Origin: Octopus sinensis
Taxonomy: Eukaryota
Assembly (NCBI RefSeq): GCF_006345805.1
Contig: NC_042997.1
Coordinates: forward strand, 131,192,001-131,256,000
Length of the DNA stretch: 64,000 bases
Direction of reading: 5' to 3'
Shown: positions 55,284 through 64,000 of the stretch, in pieces
How the letters are laid out: each line of letters begins with the position of its first letter
Numbering within the stretch: position 1 is the stretch's first letter
Made by a program: the position numbers and the translations under genes
The notes under the pieces: model-generated
Told to the model about the DNA's origin: nothing
The model's database searches: none
Seen by the model: only the letters and a program-made list of their open reading frames with translations

Positions 55284-55330
55284 AATATATACTTACATAC
55301 ATACATATAAATATATATATATATACTCAC
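54620..55330 (+). repeat. Higher-order (CATA)n/(TA)n minisatellite
   Basis: Recurrent ~26-34-bp unit CATACATACATACATATAAATATATATATT. Confidence 0.9.
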
Positions 55331-55769
55331 ATACATTAGCATATATACACACATATATTCAATACGTATGCGCACATACATATACATGCATATATGTATG
55401 TATGCTTGTAGACTCCCTGTAGTTGTACTTGCGCACTTGGATATTTTATTTATGCTTACGTACAAAGATGTAAACATATACCAATGCTTGTGTATTTGTT
55501 ATGATTGTAAAATAAGTCGTTCGGTATGTCTTTGGATATACACACAGACACACGTGTGCGCATACAGACACACGCAAACACACATGTACACATACGCTCA
55601 CACACATACACAGACAGACAAACAAGCACACGCACCAACACAGACACACACACACACACACGCATGATCACAGACGCAGACTTATTAATTTCATTTACGT
55701 CGCTCCATTCGTCATCATATCTCATAGGCAGTATATATGCAGCTATATATGTATAGTGAAACACCGCAG

Positions 55770-56162
55770 TATTTACGTTTGTTCTCTTCTATTTATTCGA
55801 AGTCTTCCTGTAAAGAAGGAACTGCTTTCTAACAAAGATATAAAACTCCATCACTGGAATGTAAGTAACAAAAACGATGTCACGCGTTAAACTTAAGAAA
55901 AGGTTCGCATATGTTTACTGTTCCGCTTACAGATTGCATTTATAATGCACGTGTTAGCTGGTTGGACTCTTTTTCTGACAACCCCAGTTTATCCAGATTG
56001 TGACTGAAATCTCTACTAGCAAACCCATGTGAACAAATTATTATTGATATAAATGTGAGTTTATAATCTGGGAATAGAAGCTGATGGTTTCGAACTTGTT
56101 ATCCTTAGTTATACGCCTTCTCATTGATTATCGAAAAGATATTCACATCATCGGGGCAGCTG
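55770..56162 (-). mobile_element. Old R4-type LINE 3' fragment
   Basis: Minus strand reads SCPDDVNI..LLFPDYK..IIIC..NLDKLGLSEKE..QSVSGTVNICEPFLKFNA*, homologous to 8390-8670. Confidence 0.75.
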
Positions 56163-56163
56163 A

Positions 56164-56386
56164 CGAATCTTTACCTTTTGACCGACAGATTTAAAAATAA
56201 TTTTTTGTAACTAAACACTTTCAAATTTCGGACACTGGTAGAATGTTTTACTCTTAGTATTTTTGAGAAAAACTTATATTTACGAAGTAATTTCACGTTA
56301 AAGTAGGCCTATTTCGGTAATTTCAACCAATCAATGACGTGTATTCAGCTGAATAAAATTACTGTACGTCAAAAGGTAAAGATCCC
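56164..56386. mobile_element. MITE with ~19-bp TIR and an apparent 6-bp TSD
   Basis: CGAATCTTTACCTTTTGAC / GTCAAAAGGTAAAGATCCC; AGCTGA at 56158-56163 and 56387-56392. Confidence 0.75.
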
Positions 56387-56840
56387 AGCTGACCTCTATG
56401 GGTGAATGGATGGATGAATGGATGGAAGAACGGACGGACGGGTGGATGGAAGTACTGTAGTGCAACAACGTTCAAAGCCGTTTTCGCCGAAAACATTCCG
56501 CCTGTTGTCAGAGGAAAGTGAATCGATTGGGCTTTGGGCGGGAAAACAGGACTTATAGTAGTGATCATTGTTGTAGCGGTAGAATAAAGAGAGGATGAAT
56601 ACGACACGTCTATATACTCCTGATTAGTGTATCTTGCTGAATGGAAGGTTTGTTAACCAATCACATAGCTTTTTTAACGTAGTATGTGCATGCGCGCTGT
56701 GTTGGTAGTTTGTAAGTTATATTCGTGCTGCTCTGTAGAAGGTCCACAAATGTTCAGTGAGAGATGAAATACTTTGTGGCTTTGAAGTTAGTTTTTTTCT
56801 TTCTTATGGTGCAAATGTATTTTCGTCATGAAAGGTCATC

Positions 56841-57113
56841 AGAGATTGTTAAAGCTTATAAAATTTTAGCTGTATAAAAAATGACTATGAAGTAAAGATT
56901 GTTTGCCAATATAACATGGAAGTCCTGGTTTAGGACTAATGTTGCTGTAATTTAGCCTCACGGATGTCCTGGATTAGCTAAATTACAGCAACATTAGTCC
57001 TAAACCAGGACTTCCGTGTTATATTGGCAAACAATCTTTACTACAAAGTACTGTTGCTGAATAACGCACGTTGTGAGTTTAAAAAATAGTCATTTTCTAA
57101 AAAACATGACTAT
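56841..57113. repeat. Foldback unit, copy 1 (about 65-bp arms)
   Basis: GTAAAGATTGTTTGCC..GTAATTTAGC and its reverse complement, with a 20-nt loop. Confidence 0.85.
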
Positions 57114-57298
57114 GGCGCAGGAGTGGCTGTGTGGTAAGTAGCTTACTTACCAACCACATGGTTCCGGGTTCAGTCCCGCTGCGTGGCACCTTGGGCAAGT
57201 GTCTTCTACTATAGCCTCGGGCCGACCAAAGCCTTGTGAGTGGATTTGGTAGATTGAAACTTAAAGAAGCCCGTCGTATACGTGTGTGTGCGTGTGTG

Positions 57299-57356
<58 letters not shown>

Positions 57357-57557
57357 TGTGTGTGTGTGTGTCTGTGTTTGTCCACCCAACTTGACAACCG
57401 ATACTGGTGTGTTTACGTCCACGTGACTTAACGGTTCGGCAAAAGAAACCGATAGAATAAGTACTAGGCTTACGAAGAATAAGTCCTGGGGTCGATTTGC
57501 TTGACTAAAGGCGGTGCTCCAGCATGGCCACAGTCAAATGACTGAAACAAGTAAAAG
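57114..57557 (+). mobile_element. Full-length CORE-type tRNA SINE
   Basis: GGCGCAGGAGTGGCTGTGTGGTAAG head, GGTTCAGTCCC B-box, CCTTGGGCAAG core, tail GGCGGTGCTCCAGCATGGCCACAGTCAAATGACTGAAACAAGTAAAAG. Confidence 0.9.
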
Positions 57558-57563
57558 AGAGAG

Positions 57564-57839
57564 AGAGATTGTTAAAGCTTATAAAATTTTAGCTGTATAA
57601 AAAATGACTATGTAGTGAAGATTGTTTGTCAATCTAACATGGCAGTCGTGGTTTAGGACTAATGTTGCTGTAATTTAGCCCCAGGAGACATCGTCTCCTA
57701 GGCCTAAATTACAGCAACATTAGTCCTAAGCCAGGACTTCCGTGTTATGTTGGCAAACAATCTTTACTACAAAGTACTGTTGCTGAATATCTCACGTTGT
57801 GAGATTTAAAAAATAGTAATTTTCTAAAAAATGACTATG
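57564..57839. repeat. Foldback unit, copy 2
   Basis: Direct repeat of 56841-57113 with a different loop sequence. Confidence 0.85.
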
Positions 57840-57869
57840 TTCATTTTTTTTTTCCTGCTTGCTGAATCG

Positions 57870-57964
57870 TTAAGAAGCAGCATTGCCTGTGAACTTTGCA
57901 AGCTCTCCGAGGCCAGTGAACACGATACCTTTGATGTTCCGTTCAAACTGTTGCAGATCAACAC
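57870..57964 (-). CDS. Probable terminal coding exon of an unidentified host gene (xVDLQQFERNIKGIVFTGLGELAKFTGNAAS*)
   Basis: Polypyrimidine acceptor CCTCTTGTCTTTTTCTGCAG|, phase 1, non-repetitive protein-like codons, TAA stop; no upstream exon identified. Confidence 0.5.
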
Positions 57965-58217
57965 CTGCAGAAAAAGACAAGAGGAAATTCCTGATAGTCG
58001 AGGGAAGGACTGGCCATTGTGTAGCGGGCCGGGGTGGATATAACAAGGGTGACGAGAAATGAAGAGACAAATGTATCGGAAATGCTAGACTGGAAGAAAT
58101 ACCAGATTAACCAGTTCCGAGGAACATAGATCATTATAGTGTACAGAAGTATGTTTATCATTCGGCCGTTTAGACTTAAATACCTGATATTGGTTCATAC
58201 GCATGTTTTCTATAAGT

Positions 58218-58291
58218 GGTCACATGACCTGGCCACGTGATGGTGCATATATCGATCGAGTCCTGTTTTTACGCGGGCTATCCAATCCAAT
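58218..58291. promoter_or_regulatory. Possible regulatory cluster (E-boxes, CCAAT)
   Basis: GGTCACATGACC near-palindrome, CACGTG and tandem CCAAT in locally CpG-richer unique sequence. Confidence 0.25.
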
Positions 58292-59399
58292 CCTATCATG
58301 TAAAAGACCAGCGTAGCGCGGGAAAATTATGTCTGTTTACTGGAGCGCCTAATCAGCTTTTAAAAAGAGGAATCTTTCCCGTTTTCTCCAGCGTGGTGGG
58401 AAGACACGGTCGAGTTCGGATCTCCGCAGAGAGGCGAGTTATTTTACAGAGAGCCTTGAACGTTATTGCATTCTGTTTGCTCAAGCACACATCACCAACT
58501 TCCAACAGCATGAGAAACCAATATGTACATTTTCTTCTGACAATATCATTTAAGGTATACCAACGTTTGCTGTACCGATTCATTAAGCGGTTGAATAAAA
58601 TGTAGCAGTCAATTACAACTCTTGTCTTTGTATTTCTTTCTGCTGTTATACCTGACTCATTTGGAACTATGAAATTGTAATTTTACCAGGACCAGAACTT
58701 CACGCAACTCAACCACCTAAAATAGTATCAGTAGAAAAGTCAGAGAGAGGAGACAACACACATGTGGGTCAAAGGCTGGGATGTGTCTGTGAGTGATTTA
58801 AATACCAATAAATCGAGTTGCCCTTCTCTGGGTACTAATTATAGCTGGTCAAGCGGCCGCAAAAGAGACCCTTTTATTGAGTATAATAGACAAGCCAATA
58901 ATTGTACTACTGTCTTGTATCACCACTAAGGAGAGTAGGATCCTCAGCTAACGAACTGGGGATCATTTGATAGCGGGCGGAATAGCAAGAATAAAAATTT
59001 AAAATTTTATTTCTATGTTATTGACTATCGCACTCTGTAAGGTGTTTTTGTACTATACATGTTTTATATATCTAATATATATGTATCAGATAAGTAATAA
59101 TTAAATTATATATTGTGCACTCTATTGTTTTTTATGCATTTAATTCCTCTGGTCCGTGATAAAATTGTTTTGATTGAAACCGGTCCAATAACAACAAAGA
59201 ACAAAGACTTTTTGTGGTCACTCTTTCTGGTAGAAGTCGCCAAATCTCCCTAAAACACCCGTTATGAAAGAATGCGTTCGATTATGTAGACCTAATTATC
59301 CCTTAAGCAAAACAGAATGGTTTTGCCTAAAATGTTCTTGACCATAGTTCGATCAAGGCTAACTAGGGCTAAACACCGACGACAAAAACAACGTCGCTA

Positions 59400-59630
59400 C
59401 GAGTCAGTGAGGAAGCCTCTACGTGATCATTCGATCTGCTAGAAATAGCCATGAAATCTTAGTCAAATTACATCATACCGTCTTATAAGAAGAATATAAA
59501 AAGGACACTAGATAATGTAGTTCTGCGAATCCTTAAAAAAGACAGGAGAGTCATGGCTAAAACGCCTTTGAACATAGATTTTCTCAATCAGAGTTTACAT
59601 CAGGTACAACAATAGCAGCAACAACTTCGG
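59400..59630 (+). mobile_element. Dispersed SINE-like repeat ending in (AAC)n
   Basis: GCTAGAAATAGC..GATAATGTAGT..CATGGCT..CTTTGA blocks recur near 34050-34560, 38640-39110 and 59210-59390. Confidence 0.55.
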
Positions 59631-62223
59631 TATTAACCATTTTACCGAACAAAACATCTCTGTGGAAGCAATGGTTTCACCTTACCTATTATCTCTTATT
59701 TGTTTACACAGTGCTTTAAAAATACACATAAGAAACTATATATATATATAGTCAGAAACGTGAAGAAAAATGGAAGAAAAACAGAATAAATTTACTTTGG
59801 AACATTTGTTTGGAAATTTACTTTGGAAGATTTTTTTTCTCTCAGTTCATTTTACCTTTTGTTCGTGGAACATTATTTCTTCTTCTGTAATTACTCAATT
59901 CTCTTATAAATCTTTACAAAATAAAATACGAAAAAAGTGTGACGTGACGAGAATGAATATTCACAATAAAAAACACATTAACTCATTGAACTGCTCTTTT
60001 TTAATCCAATGCAGGTCACCAGTAGTTTTGCATGGACTCCGTGGTTGTCGCCATCGTGGTTGTTATTTTAGTAATCTTTCTTGCAATATATTTTTGATGT
60101 TAAAAGACACCGCTGGTGGGATCTGAGCCAGCTTTGTTGACAGTATACACATCGGATGTTAGAACGAAGAGAATTTATTCGTTTTTATTTTTCTCCTTTA
60201 CGCTATCTTTCTGTCAAGATTCTTCCCTTTTTTTATTTTTTTATTATCTATCTCTGTCTTCTTTTTATTCTTATTGTTCTTATATTTTGGTTAGCTTTCA
60301 TCCCAATGTCAGATCAGATAAAAATCTATAAGAAAAAAGAAAAGAAAAAAATGGAGACCAGTAAAATGCTTTTTCAGTAGTCATCTATATTCACATGCCG
60401 TTTTCTAAGCGATAAGACTGTCCAAGTTTGTGGGGGTTTTTTGACGAAAAGACAGTCAGCTGCAAATGTTACTAAGTGTTTATATTCAACGAACCAAAGT
60501 TTGACTCCGACGAAGCAGTGTAACCTTTGCTTCTACGGTCTCTATCTTCCATCGCAAAAAACAAAAAAAAATCTTACTTCCACTACCACCACTTCTACCA
60601 CCGCCACCACCATAGCTTCATCTTTGTTCACGTACATAACTAGCTTCGATGCTGGGTGGTACATTTTCTTTGTGAATAAATTCTACGACCCAGTTTCAAT
60701 TTGCTATTGTAATAGCTTCATTTATCGCGTTAATGCCATTAGCTAAATACATTAACAAATCATCTCTTAATGTTTTTCACATTACTAACGCGTTTAAATG
60801 CCCAATTACAGAATCGTAGTTGTTGTATTGGTATTATTTTTTGGCGGAGTTTCGGATTCCATACCTCACGGGAAAGAAAAAAAAAGGTTACGGAAAGGGA
60901 GGAGCGCAAAATTGTGAAACGATTGAATTTTGGAAAAATACCTATTTTTTCGTTTTTACAATTTAGTTTGTAAGATTCTTGGTGTGAACTCATGTATTAA
61001 AAAAGATTTTGTTGTATGTAAGGAGGGTCATTATGCCAATTATAAACACAGCACTGGTTCTATTCAACTTCTTTAGTATTTATTTAACTGGTCAACTAAA
61101 TAACCAATTAATCGACTGTTTGATCAGCCAAACGAATAATCAGGCATTTGATTAGTTAACTGGTTAAATGGTTAATTAATTCAGTAATAATATAACAAAA
61201 GAAGTAAAACATAGCCAGTGCATGTGTTTATTATTGATTTTATGACCTTCCTAATATACAACAAAACAGTTTTCTTTTTTCTGTTTTTATAATCATAATT
61301 TCCGTTGTATGAAACACATGAATACTATAAGAAAAAAAGAAGGAAAATACAAAACAAAACTGAACGCTAATTTTTCTTTCGATGATGTATGGGGCGCCTT
61401 ATCCGAATCTCAGTCATTATATTTTGTGACAACTGTGATGGAAGACTATGTCTTATATCAACGGTTCCTACATTAATTTTGGCGCGCAACTCATATTTTT
61501 TCTCCAAATCACGAAATCCAGAGCTATATTTTACAAACAACACCCCATCAGCCTAAGGCATTGGATAAACCAAGAAAAAAAAAGTGCTTCTGAGAAAGAA
61601 TTTATCTATATAAATAAAGAGAAAAGACCATATCACAACATTATTTTGATAGTGATAAAGGTGGCAAGCTAGCGGAACCAGCGAACAAAATGCCCGTTTA
61701 TATTCTAAGTTCAAATCTCGCCGAGGTTTTTTTTACCTTTCATCGTTTTAGATCTGAATAAAATAAAGTACCAGTCAAATACTAGCATCAATGTAATCGA
61801 TTTCCTGTTCCCTTCAAAATTGCTGGCCATGTGCCAAAATTTGAAGCCACTTTTACGAAAAGGGTAAAAGTAATTTTTTATATAAATATGTTTGTATCAA
61901 ATTTTATTTAAGCATATTTAAGCCCGCAAAATTCCGGATGACATTTTTTTCTGCGGAACTCACTTCAGAGTAACACTATCTTAAATATCTTAAATTCGCT
62001 TCAGGTTCCATAACGTTGCTGTGGCATTATTTGTTTGAGTCATCTAGATTTTTTCCAGTCCGTCAGATATTTACAATGTTTCTTGTACTATCAGGCATTT
62101 CTTATATGTTTATGTGTGTGCGTGTATTTATATGTATCACACACACACACACACACACACATACACACGAGTATATCGTTAGCCACTACACACATTTGTT
62201 CTCTCCTTGTTTTTTCTGTGTCC

Positions 62224-62259
62224 CTTTCTGTAGAAGAGCGTAGGCTCGAAAAGTAAAAG
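62224..62259 (+). ncRNA. Degenerate hammerhead-like motif (core CTGTAGA)
   Basis: CTTT-CTGTAGA-A-GAGC[GTAG]GCTC-GAAA-AG-TA-AAAG, in a ~190-bp repeat ending at (TA)n. Confidence 0.5.
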
Positions 62260-62345
62260 ACTTTTTCTATTCCTGAGTGTTATACTAATACATCTATTTG
62301 TTTTGTACACCACCTGTCTTCGTCTTTTGTTTTTTCGTAAACTCT

Positions 62346-62378
<33 letters not shown>

Positions 62379-62387
<9 letters not shown>

Positions 62388-64000
62388 TTTTTCTTATCAG
62401 TTTCAGCTCAGATCTGTGACAATGCTGAAGCACCGCCGTTTTCCTACACTGTTATTATTGAGAGCCTCCTCTGATATATGGCATTTGGTGAATAAGGAAG
62501 CTTGATGTCGCTACTCTCATTTTCACCTTCTGCCGTGCGGTAGATTCATCTGGGACTCTCGACAAGAAGAGATCCAGTTTTGATTTGAAAACACCTACAT
62601 TCACTTTCTGTAGGTACCCTCAGGCTCTTTGGGAGAATATTAAAAAGATGTGAGCTCCTGAAACCCAGGTTGTTGCAGTAACTGGTCCTGAAGCGTGATG
62701 GCATTGCTGGGATCGTTGGCATTGTGCAGTGGCGACTCGTTTTGGCATCTGTGTAACTTTCGATGCCCAAATTTGGCACAATCCATTCCAGGATCTTCCA
62801 GATGTATATTACTGCATATCTCTCCCGCCTTCGCTTCAAGGAGTAAAGTCTTAGCTGCTTCAACCTATCCCAGTAGCTGAGCTGTTGCAATGGGATGATC
62901 TTTGCGAAGCTTCGCTGAATTGCTTCAAGGTCTGCTGTGGAACACAACAGACCAAAAGACACTTTTGAACTGGTCATTCAGTACCTCACTGATCCTGGTT
63001 GGGCTATCTGTGAGGGAGCCATCCTTTTGGAAGAGGGATCTTATTTTACAGCGAACTGAGGTTATTTCTTTGCCATTATGAAAGTAGGCCTTTGGGTTTG
63101 ACTTAATATTTTTCATAACCCAGACTTCTTTGTCTGCTCTCTCCTTCACATAGGATTGTTGCAGGCTTTTTTCAAACTCCATCAGTGTTGTTTTTAGGTG
63201 GGACCTCTCACTACTTTTGGTATATTGGTTGAAGCGATTTGCAACCTTCGTCCGTCGTCTCATGAGGATTTTCCTCCCCCTTTGAATCTTATTCCTTTTT
63301 CTGTTGGTCTTGTACTCTGGGACATTTTTCTGGCATAAGATTTGCATAACAGATATGAAATATTCTAGTTTCATGCTAATGTCTGGTGTGGAGAGACATT
63401 TTGGCCAGTCCTGTCTTAGGATCTCTTTTTGGATCAATTTCCAGTCTGCTTTGTGGAAGTTCAGATTGGAGAGATTTTTGGTGCTTCCTTTAGGCTGTAT
63501 GTCTCTGCTTACTTCTGGTCCATAAATAGACAGCTCTATTATGTTGTGATTCGAAACTAAAGTCGGCATCACTTTCACATTATGGACGGTATCCTTATTG
63601 TTCGTGAGGTAGAGATCCAATATGTTATTCACCCTAGTTGGTTTGAGCACAACTTGCTCCATGTATAGGACATTGGTGAGGTTAAGCAGGGACTCCATCT
63701 GTACTTGTTTGCAATGAGTCATTCTTGAGGACATGAGGCCTTCGAGCCATTTGATGTTGGGGAAGTTGAAATCACCAATAAGAAACACGCTCACGTGATG
63801 TTCCATTTTCATGAGGATTTCTTTTAATCTTGTGAGGCAATCTTCAAACTTGCCTATGTGGTTTCGAGCATCCTGTGGGCGATATGTATTGCGTATGACT
63901 ATATTGTGTTGTCTTGATTTTACTAGAGTGTCACATACTGAATTTGAGCATGACAGTAGGACCTGGGGTGTGAGATCCCCACGGATGTATACAGCAATTC
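62379..64000 (-). mobile_element. CR1-type LINE: APE endonuclease fused to the post-RT C-terminus, RT domain deleted; runs off the window edge
   Basis: Frame open from 63998 to 62925: IAVYIR, YRP, GDFNFPNIKW, PTR..NILDL, SNH, KxFY-like tether ending QFKSVF, then immediately LEAIQRSF..YWDRLKQLRLYSLKRRRER; 3' UTR and poly(A) at 62379-62545. Confidence 0.9.

Noticed and set aside
56811-56850. Minus-strand CTGATGA..GAAA
   Set aside because: Neither stem I nor stem II pairs.
59140-59195. GAAACCGGTC hammerhead-like 3' half
   Set aside because: No acceptable core or stem I partner upstream.
60586-60660. Gly-rich minus-strand exon (SYGGGGGRSGGSG) with a GTAAGA donor, phase-compatible with the 57964 exon
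   Set aside because: An in-frame TGA lies immediately upstream and there is no acceptor; most likely a degenerate (GGT)n repeat.

Overview
Repeat-dense, AT-rich animal genomic DNA. The SINE complement suggests a cephalopod, most likely Octopus; this is inference from recognised repeat sequences, not a database result. There is one 100-N gap and almost no host coding sequence, only one probable terminal exon at 57870-57964 (-). The window holds microsatellites, several tRNA-derived SINE families, a complete but decayed mariner plus a mariner fragment, a pogo-type transposase, R4/Dong-type LINE fragments, an RT-deleted CR1-type LINE and a decayed 28S rRNA fragment. Four observations stand out. 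(1) A 1.64-kb ORF1-only (HAL1-like, L1/Tx1-type zinc-knuckle ORF1) retroelement at 49155-50792 sits in a SINE head with an 18-bp target duplication. It shares its 3' hairpin and tail with a SINE subfamily that repeatedly inserts into its own head, pointing to a SINE-targeting retroelement system. (2) Seven hammerhead-ribozyme folds of Penelope type, plus two degenerate remnants, occur in 64 kb, including compensatory G3-C8 and U3-A8 core variants and two with very long stem II. (3) An R4-type LINE family appears to target (CATA)n. (4) The CR1 element shares its 3' end with the CORE-type SINE. Most ORFs in the supplied track are microsatellite artefacts. Repeat boundaries are approximate unless a TSD or TIR is quoted.
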